NCBI GenBank assembly: GCA_051453625.1
Contig: JBOZIK010000001.1
Coordinates: forward strand, 284,883 to 348,882
Direction: 5' to 3'
Source of the DNA: Welwitschia mirabilis
Lineage: Eukaryota
Length of the DNA: 64,000 nt
Part shown: piece after piece, positions 1 through 13,500 of the stretch
How positions within the stretch are numbered: position 1 is the stretch's first letter
Layout of the letters: every line of letters starts with the position of its first letter
Made by a program: the position numbers and the translations under genes
Notes under the pieces: generated by a model
The model's database searches: none
Told to the model about the DNA's origin: nothing
What the model saw: the letters and a program-made list of their open reading frames with translations, nothing else

Positions 1-107
1 ACTAATCATCACTTATGAATAACTGTAGGTATTATTATAAGTAAAAAAAAGCCATTTTTCTATCTATTTAATGTGTTCATGACCATTTTTTTAATCTAAT
101 GGTCACA

Positions 108-3100
108 TGATGAATCTTAAAATTTTAATGAAATAAGGTTATAATTTTTCACCATTTTATAGTTATAGCATTTACTTAGAGATATTTTTGTACTTTTAAA
201 AAGACAAAATCTTAAAAGGTTTAATGAATATAAAATGATGTATTTTAATCCATTTTGAAGTGAATTGTAATGCTTGTGATTATAATGCTGAGATATAAAG
301 GAGATATGTAAAGCATGGAAGATTAATTCAATTTTTTAAACTCATAGATGATTTATAGTTCCTTTCCCATCATTATATTTCATTCACTTGCTAATGTAAT
401 AATTTATAACTCGTTTTGACATTGGATGGGTCACATCAGAGCATATCAAAGCAGATTAGGATATTAGTAGATTAGCAATATGTATTCTAGGAGTCATACT
501 ATGGTATTTCTATTTATTTTTGAATCAATTTTAAAGTTTTCATGTACTACCAATCACATATAATGTAATTAAGTCAATCTATGTTTTGGAATCATATAGT
601 GAGCATGAGACGCATACAAAAATTTCAAAGTTTGGACATCTACCTTACTTGAAACTAATCCTAGTGCATCTATATAAATCTTCTCTTAAGGTTGTATCAA
701 ATATATATGATATTATACATTTTCATGAGTCATTTTATAGTAAAAGTAGTTTTAGCCACATCTCTCTCTCTCTCTCTCTCTTTCTCTCTCNNNNNNNNNN
801 NNNNNNNNNNNNNNNNNNNNNNNNNNNNNNNNNNNNNNNNNNNNNNNNNNNNNNNNNNNNNNNNNNNNNNNNNNNNNNNNNNNNNNNNNNNNNNNNNNNN
901 NNNNNNNNNNNNNNNNNNNNNNNNNNNNNNNNNNNNNNNNNNNNNNNNNNNNNNNNNNNNNNNNNNNNNNNNNNNNNNNNNNNNNNNNNNNNNNNNNNNN
1001 NNNNNNNNNNNNNNNNNNNNNNNNNNNNNNNNNNNNNNNNNNNNNNNNNNNNNNNNNNNNNNNNNNNNNNNNNNNNNNNNNNNNNNNNNNNNNNNNNNNN
1101 NNNNNNNNNNNNNNNNNNNNNNNNNNNNNNNNNNNNNNNNNNNNNNNNNNNNNNNNNNNNNNNNNNNNNNNNNNNNNNNNNNNNNNNNNNNNNNNNNNNN
1201 NNNNNNNNNNNNNNNNNNNNNNNNNNNNNNNNNNNNNNNNNNNNNNNNNNNNNNNNNNNNNNNNNNNNNNNNNNNNNNNNNNNNNNNNNNNNNNNNNNNN
1301 NNNNNNNNNNNNNNNNNNNNNNNNNNNNNNNNNNNNNNNNNNNNNNNNNNNNNNNNNNNNNNNNNNNNNNNNNNNNNNNNNNNNNNNNNNNNNNNNNNNN
1401 NNNNNNNNNNNNNNNNNNNNNNNNNNNNNNNNNNNNNNNNNNNNNNNNNNNNNNNNNNNNNNNNNNNNNNNNNNNNNNNNNNNNNNNNNNNNNNNNNNNN
1501 NNNNNNNNNNNNNNNNNNNNNNNNNNNNNNNNNNNNNNNNNNNNNNNNNNNNNNNNNNNNNNNNNNNNNNNNNNNNNNNNNNNNNNNNNNNNNNNNNNNN
1601 NNNNNNNNNNNNNNNNNNNNNNNNNNNNNNNCTTACTTATTTCTGAATTATACATTTATTTTGTTCTTTTACATTCATTTTTCGTTTCCATTTCTTCCAT
1701 TTCCATCAATCTATAAGACATTATGAGGTGGTGAAGTCAATATGATTAGGAAGTAGAAGAGGATGATAAGGCATTAGATCTTGTAATAATTTGAATTCAA
1801 GACTAATAAGAAGGATTATTATTTCATTTAAAACTAATAAGTTTCTTTTCGCTTTTATTTTTATGCTTATAGTTACTTGATTTATGCATTTTTATTACAC
1901 ATTCATTCTAATTCAATCATACTTTTTATAGTATGTTGCATATGTAGTACTAATAGTATTGTTATAAATTTAGTATCTATCATAGCATTTTTTAATAGTA
2001 CATGGTTAGTGACTCTATGTCAAAGGAAGCATGTATTTTAACCCTCTTCTCTATTCTTTTTTTCTTCCTTATCTTTCTTCTTATACCATTCTATCATGTT
2101 TCCATCCTTTTCTCGAAAGCAGTGAATGATGAATTATTCTTATCTCCTTTCCAATAGCATAAATTTAGCATATGAATTTGTTATATAATTAAATATAAAT
2201 TTTAAATATTTTTTCACATCACTTTTTCTCTCTCTTTTTCACTTTTTCTATTAAAATGAAAAATAGTAAATCTTTGTTCTTATTTTGATCATAACTCTTT
2301 TCTTATAACTTCAATTTATTTAAAATTTTCTTAGTAGGTTTCTCTTATCATTTGAAAGATTTTTTAAGAGTTGCTTAAAACCCTAATTTAGTCTCTAAAA
2401 TTTTATTTTAGGTTGTTTATAGTTAAATTACAGTTTTACTTAGAAGTTTTATAAATTCCTAAACTCTTAATTTTTCCCTTTCTGCATAATTAAATTTTCT
2501 ATCATCATTGCTATGTTTTTATAAAGTCAAGATTNNNNNNNNNNNNNNNNNNNNNNNNNNNNNNNNNNNNNNNNNNNNNNNNNNNNNNNNNNNNNNNNNN
2601 NNNNNNNNNNNNNNNNNNNNNNNNNNNNNNNNNNATCTTTCTTCTTATACCATTCTATCATGTTTCCATCCTTTTCTCTGAAGCAATGGATGATGAATTA
2701 TTCTTATCTCCTTTCCAATAGCATAAATTTAGCATATACATTTGTGATATAATTAAATCTAAATTTTAAATATTTTTTCACATTAGTTTTTATCTCTCAT
2801 TTTCCATTTTTCTATTGAAATGAAAAACAGTAAATTTTTTTTCTTATTTTGATCATAACTCTTTTCTTGTAACTTCAACTTATTTAAAATTTTCTCAGTA
2901 GGTTCTCTTACCATTTGAAACATTTTTTTATAGTTTCTTAAAATCCTAATCTAGTTTCTAAAATTCTATTATAGGTGTTTTATATTTAAATTATAGTTTT
3001 ACTTAGAAGTTTTCTAAATTCCTAAACTCTTAATTTTTTCCTTTCTACATAATTAAATTTTTTATCATCATTGTTATGTTTTTATAAAATTAAGATTAGA
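108..3100 (+). mobile_element. Degenerate LTR plus adjacent leader of an LTR retrotransposon (copy A; 2635-3100 duplicates 2071-2534)
   Basis: Homologous in inverted orientation to 20200-21935 (e.g. catggttagtgactctatgtcaaaggaagcatg at about 2001 vs its reverse complement at about 20681-20713). Homology starts at TGATG (108). LTR-end-like ttgttata at about 1966. Confidence 0.5.
761..790. repeat. (CT)n microsatellite running into a gap
   Basis: tctctctctc... directly before the N-run. Confidence 0.9.
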
Positions 3101-4199
3101 TATTGTAGTAATGTTTTAGTACTTTTATAATATGAAATTCTTTTTCTCTCAAGTTTGCTACTTTTCTTAATATATATGGTTAAAGAATGGTTGCTTGTAT
3201 TTTTTGCAAGTTTTTCTTAGGGTTTATTTCTTAATCGTTTTAATTGATCTTACTTTCTCTTGAATATTTAATTCTAGAAACTTGTTTTTTGATATATTCT
3301 AATTGCTTTAATGGTTTTGAAAATTTTTGAATCTTTCTTCTTAAGTTTCTTTCTCAACTTTCTCATGTTTTTGATGAATTCTTATTTATTGATAATAAAA
3401 TTTATATGTTACATCACTATTATAATTCATTTCAAGCCTAACTAAGAGTTATATTTCAAGTCAACTATGTTGAAATTTAGTAAAAAGATATAGTTAATGT
3501 CAAATGGTTTTTTATGCTAATTTTAATGATCATATTTTGAAAATGCTAACTTTTGGTTCTAAGCTGATGTATAATTAGTAAAGAATGGAATAAGATCTTT
3601 GAATGATTCATACATATCTGTTTTACATTAATTGAGTAGTGAACTTTTCAAGAAAGATTGTTTTCATAAAAAATTACTTAAAGTTAGTTTTAATCACTTT
3701 AACTCTTTTTATCATTCATTTGAGTTATAAATGATCTGTGAAGTAGTAGTAAATGTTTATCAAATATTATTTCTTTATTATTCAATTTTTTAACATCTTG
3801 TGAAATTAATATTTTTACACATGTCATTCTTAAAGTTTATTACACGTCATCTATTGTAATCACATGAATATGCGCTATCCATACTTTCTTAGAAAAATCA
3901 TCAAAAAAGATAAGGAAATAGTAAGTACCTATTAACATTTTTATTAAAATTAGTTAATATATAGTAAAGTTCACTAATATCAACTTATTTATTGTGTGAT
4001 TNNNNNNNNNNNNNNNNNNNNNNNNNNNNNNNNNNNNNNNNNNNNNNNNNNNNNNNNNNNNNNNNNNNNNNNNNNNNNNNNNNNNNNNNNNNNNNNNNNN
4101 NTGATTATTGGTTTTCTTAATTGATTATTATGCAACCTAACTCGAAATGCATTCCTTATACTTTTGTTTCTTTACTTGTAGATCATCTAGTAATCGTTT

Positions 4200-7100
4200 G
4201 AGGTGAAAAATCCTTTTCAGTGGTACATGATAAATTTTATCATTTCATAGTTCTTCTTTTAAAATATTCTATGTATTATGAATTTTTACTACTATATAAT
4301 TGAATACTCATTCTTCTTTACTTGAACACGTTGATATCTTTTCTTAACATGTTAATTCCTTGTTATTAAAGTACCTAAAATTTTCTTCTAATTGATCTAT
4401 GAAAAAGGTATTTCCCCTTTGATATTATCTATGCATCTATCTATTCTATTATGATGAAATTAAAGCCTTCTTAACTAATATATTAACCAACACTAGATTC
4501 TAATGCTATTTGGTGATGCACACTAATACATCTCTCACTTGTAGTTATGCATATCCATCTAAAGATTTTACTAGTATTAATCTAATAATAAGTAATAGCT
4601 ATGAATCCATATTTTTAATATTTATTATGCTTGCAAATATCTCTTTAAATTTTAGAATAATTTGTTCCTCTAAATCACATGCTAAGTTTCTCTTATATCC
4701 ATTATCTAATAGTATACTACAATAGCTACTACTAGGTTCGTATAACTTAGTATTATTGCATGATCTTTAACTAGAGTGACTTGGTCACATGCTTTAAAAT
4801 TTCTACTATGTGTAAGTTATTCTTTAGAGGATGTGGATTTCTTTTCACTATTAAAGGATTTTAACATCTACCTCATTTCTTCTACTTAATGTACTTAATA
4901 TTCCTTATAAAGGTAATTCTATANNNNNNNNNNNNNNNNNNNNNNNNNNNNNNNNNNNNNNNNNNNNNNNNNNNNNNNNNNNNNNNNNNNNNNNNNNNNN
5001 NNNNNNNNNNNNNNNNNNNNNNNCAATAAATTCTAATGCTATTTGGAGATGCACAATAATACATCTCTCACTTGTAGTCATGCCTATCCATCTAAAGATT
5101 TTACTAATACTAATCCAATATAAAATAATAGCTATGAATTCATATTTTTCATATTTACTATGCTTGCAAATATTTCTTTAAATTGTATAATAATTTCTTC
5201 CTCAAAATCACATGCTAGGTTTCTCTTGTATCCATTATCCAATAGTATACTACAATAGCTACAACTAGGTTCACATAAATTAGTATTTTTGCATGATCTT
5301 CAACTAGAGTAACTTGATCACATGCTTTAAAATTTCTACTATGGGTAAGTTATTCTTTAAAGGATGTGGATTTATGTTCACTATTAGAGTATTTTAACAT
5401 CTACCTCATTTCTTCTACTTGATGTACTTAATATTCCTTATAAAGCTAATTATATGAGACTTTATAATCAAATGAATAATAACCATTCATCTTATATCTT
5501 ATATGCTTTACTTGTATTATGTCCTTTTCCTTGGATCCACCTTCTTGATGCTTATTCTTCTAGTCATTACAGTTATCCTAGTTTTTTAGCTTATTGCATT
5601 GACTCCACAATTGTTTTTTTTGTTTTGAATTTTCTTGCTAGTATTTACATCATAGTTAATTTTATCATCCATATAACTAGTTCCAATACAATTCTATTAG
5701 TGTATGTAATACTAATTATCAAGATCTACTAGGGTTTTAGTAAGCATTTTAAAATTCATGGCCTTCAACTTTCCATTAGTTGATAGTGTCATGATGACGT
5801 AATAATATGTTGGGATAACTAAAGCACTCATAATCAAGAATTTTCATGTAATTCACTTTTACATGTAGTCCTTGTTAAGATTCTCTTAATTCCTTATAGT
5901 TTGTTAACTACCTCTGATGCCTTATCTTTTCCATGTAAAGATTGTTCATTTAATTTAATAGATAGAATAGCTTCATGTTTAGTTTCTTATTTAAAAATAC
6001 ATTAAACATTTTTATAATATCATATGTAGTTATACTTTTTTTAATATCTAATAATGACATTTATTCATGACTAAGATAATTAAAGAATAAATACTTTGTT
6101 AGTGATGTTCCACTTTAGAATTATCTCATCATCTATTGTTGGTAGTAACTTACTATTCTCTTCTAGATGAATCTTATATATCTATTTAGCTTTAATTACC
6201 CGAGTAAGTATACTCTACCATGTACTTAGTTAGAAGTAACTTTTATTATTAAACTTGTATTAGTCTTAAGATTGATCAACATTTTCACTATTTCTATAGC
6301 TATTTTACTAATGTTACATAACTTAAATCCACTTGAATTTGTCTTTATAGGTTTTTCAACTTTATAATAACTATGAAAAATCTCTCTTACAGTAGAGAAA
6401 ATGAATATGAGGTTTAAACTATTTCGTATGTTTAAACTATTTCGTATGTACACTTTCTGATTTCTCACACCTTACACAATCTCATAGAAGAAATTTATGA
6501 GCTTTAAACTATTTCATATGTACACTTTTTGATTTCTCATACCTTACACAGTGTCATAGAAGAAATTTAAAAATTACGTTATATAAATAATGAATTTTAT
6601 CTTATTTGATATAATAGAAAATTGGCTAAAACTAGAAACAATGAAATTTCATCCATGACTACATGGAATTAGTTGTCATTTTCAAAAAATTCATACTTTT
6701 AATCTTCAAGAATAGGTTTAACTTTAACAATTGAAGTACGCTCTTCACTAGAAGGTTGTTTTCATAGTGCATATAATAAATGCTAAAATCTAATTTTCTA
6801 ATATTTCATATTGAAGATTTTATATAAAGCAAGCACTAACTCTTCATATGGCTCAAGTAGTTAGTGACCTTAATAGAAGACAAGGGATTAAAACTTTCAT
6901 CTTCATAAGTTGCAATTAAGTTTATAGGTTTAACATCATTCATTTAATTATTATTTAGAGAATTAAAAACTTGTAACTTTGTTTTCATATTTCTAAATGA
7001 CATTTTAACCACAATGTTTCTAAAGTTGATTAAAGAACTAAAAGTAGTAAGGAATGATCTATCTATGATATTATTTAGGATTATCTTCAATTTTTAGTGC

Positions 7101-8300
7101 ATTAAAGTGTATTGGTTAGTAATATAAACTTGCACTAGAGCATCCTTTATCTATTTTTTATCATTAATGCTATAAGAAATAGTTATAGGATCAAGATTCC
7201 TAAACTTTGGTGCAAATGTATTTTAAACTATAGTACTTGCTTATTGAGCTAAGAAAACATCATTATTAACATTCATTTGTCTTTACACATATTTTTAAGG
7301 AATTTCAAATATGTTGGAATTTATTTAATAACATCTAATAATGGAATGTTGTTTTAATCTTGAATATTTTCAAGTATTTTTTTCTTAAGTCTTTTCATTC
7401 TCATAGGTGTTAAACATCTTAGAAATGGGATTTTCTTAATTCCTTCACATTACTTTTTTCCATGTTATCTTTATCATTCTTCTCAAGGTTAAAAAAAAAT
7501 TGAGGTATGGNNNNNNNNNNNNNNNNNNNNNNNNNNNNNNNNNNNNNNNNNNNNNNNNNNNNNNNNNNNNNNNNNNNNNNNNNNNNNNNNNNNNNNNNNN
7601 NNNNNNNNNNNNNNNNNNNNNNNNNNNNNNNNNNNNNNNNNNNNNNNNNNNNNNNNNNNNNNNNNNNNNNNNNNNNNNNNNNNNNNNNNNNNNNNNNNNN
7701 NNNNNNNNNNNNNNNNNNNNNNNNNNNNNNNNNNNNNNNNNNNNNNNNNNNNNNNNNNNNNNNNACTAGAACATCTTCTAAATATAATAAATATTTATCT
7801 ATTTTTCATCACTAATGCTATAAAAAATAGTTATAGGATCAAGATTCCTAAACTTTGGTGCAAGTGTATTTTAAAATATAGTACTTGCTTATTGAGTTAA
7901 GAAAACATCATTGTTAACATTCATTTGTCTTTTCACTTTACACATATTTTTAAGGAATTTCAAATATGTTTAAACTTATTTAATAACATCTAATAGAGGA
8001 ATGTTGGTTTTAATCTTAAATATATTCAAGTATTTTTTCTTAAGTTTTTTCATTCTCATAGTTGTTAAACATCTTAGAAATGGGACTTTCTTAAGTCCTT
8101 CACATTATTTTTTTCCATGTTGTCTTTATCATTCTTCTCAGGGTTAAAAGAAGATTGAGGTATGGAGGTGGATACAGAAGGTTCTTCTTTTGGGGATTGA
8201 AACATTCCGTGGAATTATAATCCACTTTTAAGTAAAATTGAGTTTGATCCATTTACATCTTATTTTTATTTAATTATGATAACTCATTTGAGATTAGTCA
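4200..8300 (-). mobile_element. Highly degenerate copia-like internal remnant (gag, GAG-pre-integrase, integrase C-terminus, then an accessory ORF-like region)
   Basis: Minus-strand traces: LHQSLG (about 7200-7220; cf. WHQRLGH), RKLD-like segment at about 6790, VMDE at about 6650 (cf. AMxEE at the start of copia RT). No RT core visible. Confidence 0.35.
6411..6570. repeat. Nested short tandem duplications (about 18 bp and about 72 bp)
   Basis: gtttaaactatttcgtat x2; tttaaactatttc..tatgtacacttt..gatttctca..ccttacaca....catagaagaaattta at about 6431 and about 6503. Confidence 0.8.
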
Positions 8301-8648
8301 TAGATNNNNNNNNNNNNNNNNNNNNNNNNNNNNNNNNNNNNNNNNNNNNNNNNNNNNNNNNNNNNNNNNNNNNNNNNNNNNNNNNNNNNNNNNNNNNNNN
8401 NNNNNNNNNNNNNNNNNNNNNNNNNNNNNNNNNNNNNNNNNNNNNNNNNNNNNNNNNNNNNNNNNNNNNNNNNNNNNNNNNNNNNNNNNNNNNNNNNNNN
8501 NNNNNNNNNNNNNNNNNNNNACTATCTTAAAACATTTTTTAGTGGCTTACTTTAATATTTTCTAGAATCCTATAAAGTCAATGCTCAATTTTGTTAAGTT
8601 TTTCAATAAAAGCTAAGGTAATTTCTCAATTTTATGTTTTGTGTTTTT

Positions 8649-8690
8649 GTGTGCGTGTGCATATATATATATATACATACATACATATAC
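8649..8690. repeat. Compound (GT)/(AT)/(ATAC) microsatellite
   Basis: gtgtgcgtgtgcatatatatatatatacatacatacatatac. Confidence 0.8.
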
Positions 8691-10599
8691 TTATTTAACT
8701 ATTAAATCTTGGAAGATAGAAATAGAATATTAATCTATTTCATGTTCACTAGAGGTAAAAATGATACATGTATAACCCTTACTAGATTTATGCTATTTAA
8801 TTATTTCTAATTATTCTAGGTTTTTGGCTATAAAATTAATTTTTCTACTCATATTACACTCATCATCTTGTTTGTAGATACATCTTTCTATAACTATGTT
8901 GAATGGTTGGGATTGCTTAGATATATCTTCAAAACTAGATAACATTTTCTATTTTTTATAACTTTTAATAATGTATTCTATTGTAACCCAAGATTATTCA
9001 TGTCTTTAGATGTAAAATGTTCTTCACCTATAATTTTAATCAGTTGTGTACTTTGCATTGTTAAGCTTCATAGAAAACTTTCATTATTTCCTATGCTTCA
9101 AAACCATATTTAGGAAATTTAATCAATATATATTAAAAATTTTTAAAGTATTTGTAGAAAGGTTTATTATTATGTTATTATAAATCCACAACCTTATGTC
9201 TATGTGCTCAAAAAAGTTCCTTCAAAAATTTACAATTAANNNNNNNNNNNNNNNNNNNNNNNNNNNNNNNNNNNNNNNNNNNNNNNNNNNNNNNNNNNNN
9301 NNNNNNNNNNNNNNNNNNNNNNNNNNNNNNNNNNNNNNNTCTAATGTAACCCATGATTCTTCATGTCTTTAGATGTAAAATTTTCTTCACTTATCATTTT
9401 AATCAGTTGTGTACATTGCATTGTTAAGCCTTCATAGAAAACTTTCATTATTTCGTATGCTTCGAAACCATATTTAGGGAATTTCATCAATATATCTTCA
9501 AAATGTTTAAATTATTTATAGAAAGGTTCATTATTATGTTATTGTAAATCTAAAACCTTGTGTCAACTTATTAGTTTTATGTGCTCAAAAACATTTCTTC
9601 AAAAATTTATAATTAAGATCTCTTCCTAATTTAACTAGAAAAGGTTTTAAGAACTGTAGCAAGAGTTTACTCTTTATTTCAAAGAAAGGAGAAATAATTT
9701 CATCCTAATCACATCACCTTGATTACCTACTTATGAAATTATTAATATTATAGCTTCAGACTTGTAAAATTATTCATAGGAATTCTTGAATCAAGGCCAT
9801 AAAATTTCAGGAAAAATAATAACCATAATTTTAATTTCAAAGAAATTTATATGAGGAGACAATACCATACAAGAAGAGGTAACTAGGCATGCAAATTATT
9901 ATATATCTTTCAATGTTCTTCTAGAAGAAATTATATTGACATTTTCACTAATATCTTTAGACATGGTTATATCTATCAAACAAATTATGAAGTATTTATG
10001 ATTTTGGGATGTCAAAGTTTCACTAGTTTGAAAGTAAGGTTTAGTATAACTTTTAACTCATGAATTCAAAAAAGGCTTAAGGGAACGTTATTATTCATTA
10101 AATTATTTGTAAAATCAACCATTGAAAGTTTTGACTCAATGATACATATGAGGTTAAGATTGATGAAACAATTTTTAAAATAGAGTATTAATGTGTAATG
10201 ATGTAAAATAATTAAAAATGCAGTAATCAATTTTAAGAAATGTAAGAAATAAAAAAAAAAAGCACTAATAGAAGAAATGATAATGCCACTCAAATTTCAA
10301 ATCAGATATAATGCAAAATTCCTAAAGAACAAATCAAAGATCATGCTATTTTGAATAAGTTACTTAATATAATAATTTTTGAAAAATGAATTTAACACAA
10401 TAATAGAATAAATATCTAATACAAATTATAGAGGGGTATGCAATAACAATAGAAAATTAAAACTCTGGCCTCTACCAGAATAAAAATAAAAACAATGAAT
10501 AGTACACTTGAATAGACGTAAGATCAGAAGTAAATGGTTTGAAGTGGATGCTTTAAAAATCCAAATGCTTCTTGCTCATGTAAAATAATTTTTTTTTGG

Positions 10600-13500
10600 G
10601 TAATTTCAAGAATAATAAACATCTAAAAAAGGGAAAGTTTTTAGAAGAATAAAAATATTTTTTAAGTAAATCAAGAAATACCAACTCCAATCCCTTGCAG
10701 TAATGCCAAAGACCCATTATGTCTTGATAATTATTATTAATAAAAATATTTGAAGATATCTTATAATATTTAAGGCATAGTTAGTAGTCTTAAAATAAAA
10801 ACTAGGCCATCTATTTACTATAAATAACCCAAATTGTTATTCTTTTATAATGATAATAAGGGAATTTGAAAGCTTTCAATTATTTAAATTTGGCTTAACG
10901 GAGAGACTTTGAATAATACTTTATAAAATGCAAAGACTAAATACTAACATAAAAATTCTTCTTCTAAGCACTTGGAATGATTATTTATAAGAAAAATAAC
11001 CAAACAAATCTAAATAAGAGAAACTACAAAAATCACCATCATTTCCTTAATCCAAAATAATACATTGTTAAGCAAGAATGGATTTACATGTAAGAAATTG
11101 ATCATCTACTATAGATCTTGAATGTCATAAATATAAATGTAAAAAACTTTTAACACTAGAATATTATCACCATTTATAGATGGTTCATCTTATAATGAAA
11201 TGCAAGAAAATTTGAAAAACATGATAAATGTTACAAATACTTATACATCAATCATCAATTCAAATAAAATATTAACAAGGTGTTGAAGTAATCAAACACA
11301 AATTAAATGTGAAATACCATTCAAAATGGGATATTGTTATGCTACTAATTATATATGTTTAATGATGAAAAAAATTAGATTAAATTACATTAACCAATAA
11401 TGCAACATCATAGACAATAGAAATTTATTCTTGAGTATTCCCTTAGTCTTAGTAAAGAAGTTTCATTATGAAATAATCATTCTTATATGCTTAGGAAGGG
11501 AGAAAAAATATTTAGAACCTCATGATGAAAAACCATCANNNNNNNNNNNNNNNNNNNNNNNNNNNNNNNNNNNNNNNNNNNNNNNNNNNNNNNNNNNNNN
11601 NNNNNNNNNNNNNNNNNNNNNNNNNNNNNNNNNNNNNNGAACAAATGATAATGCCACTTAAGTTTCAAATTAGATATAATGCAAAATTCCAAAAGAACAA
11701 ATTAAAGGTCATGCTATATTGAATACGTTGCTCAATATAATAATTTTGAAAAATGAAAATAATGCAATAATAGCATAAATATATAATACAAATTATAGAG
11801 AGGTATGCAATAACAATAGAAAATTAAAACTGTAGCCTCTACTATGAATAAAAATAAAAACAAGGAATAGTACACTTGAATAGATGCAATATCACAAGTA
11901 AATGATTTGAAGTGAATGCTTTGAAAGTCCAAATGCTTCTTGTTCATGTAAAATAAAAGTTTCTTTAGAAGAATAAAAATATTTTTTAAGTAAATCAAGA
12001 AATATCAACTCCAATCCCTTGCAATAATGCCAAAGACCTGTTATGTCTTGATAATTGTTATTAATAAAAATATTTAAAGATATCTTATAATAGTTAAGGC
12101 ATATATAGTAGTCTTAAAATAAAAACTAGGCCATCTATTTACTATAAATAATCCAACTTGTTATTCTTTCATAATGATCATAAGGGAATTTGAAAGCTTG
12201 CAATTATTCAAATTTGGATTAACAGAGAGACTTTGAATAATTCTTTATAAAATGCAAAGATTAAATAATAACATAAAAATTCTCCTTCTAAGAATTTGGA
12301 ATTATTATTTATAAGAAAAATAACTAAACAAATCTAAATAAGAGAAACTACAAAAATCACCATCATTTCCTTAACCCAAGATAATACATTGTTGAGAAGA
12401 ATGGCTTTACATGTAAGCAATTGATCATCTACTCTAGATCTTAAATGTCATAAATATAAATTTTAAAAACTTTTAGCACTAGAATATTATAACCATATAT
12501 AGATGGATCATATTATAATGAAATGAAAGAAAATTTGAAAAACATGAGAAATGTTACAAATACTTATACATTAATCATCGATCCTGATAAAATATTAACA
12601 AGGTGTTGAAGTAATCAAACACAAATTAAATGTGAAATAAAATTCAAAATGGGATATTGTTATGCTACTAATTATATATGTTTAATGATGGAAAAAATTA
12701 GATCGAATCATAGATTAAATTACATCAACCAATAAGGCAACATCATAGACAATAGAAATTTATTCTTGAGTATGCCCTTAGGCTTAGTAAAGAAGTTTAA
12801 TTATGAAATAATCATTCTTATATGATTAGGAAGGGAGAAAAAAGATTTAGAACTTATGATGAAAAATCCATCATCATAGCCATGGAAGCCATAGTGGGAT
12901 TCATGAGAAATGAGGAAAAATGGGTAAACTAATGGTAAATCCAATTATTGATATTTAATTTTAAAATGGAATATTAGACTTAAACATGCCTTATTTCTTA
13001 AGGTATGATGTGCTTATATAACCTAAGGATTGGATTTTTACATTCAATTAAATATGCTTAACTTGATGGAATCGTATCATGACCAAGATTAGTGACATGA
13101 GGAAAAAATGAGATGGCTTCTTCTAGTAAATATTTGGAACATTCTATGAAGATAAAGAAATTTTTACATCTTTAAGAATACGTACTTAGCTTTAGATTTT
13201 ATTTAGAATTCTATTATAGCATAGGAGAAGTTTCCTATAGAGTAGTGCTTTGAAATTATATTTTAAAAAATTCCTAAATATTAACCTCATTAGGCATAAG
13301 CCTACAAGGATGCATTTGTTCAGAAAAAAGGTGGAAGTAGGGGATGTATATAAGAAGATGAAAATCTTAAGTTTTTAGGGAAATGAAGCACTTCTTATTG
13401 ATCTATAAATTTCTTATAAAGGCTTTGAAGTTGAGATTATAGATGTCCTAGTTACATAATTTACAACATAGGCTTACCTATCTTTTAAAAAGTAATCTTT

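Noticed and set aside
586-1726. Long ORFs in the ORF track (also at 7500-7815, 8276-8530, 19183-19683, 47945-48664)
   Set aside because: They consist of X residues from N-gaps and are not coding evidence.
9900-12900. Possible endogenous caulimovirid movement protein or other viral insert
   Set aside because: No movement protein or viral RT motifs could be read; the region fits an eroded L1 ORF1 upstream of the EN start better.
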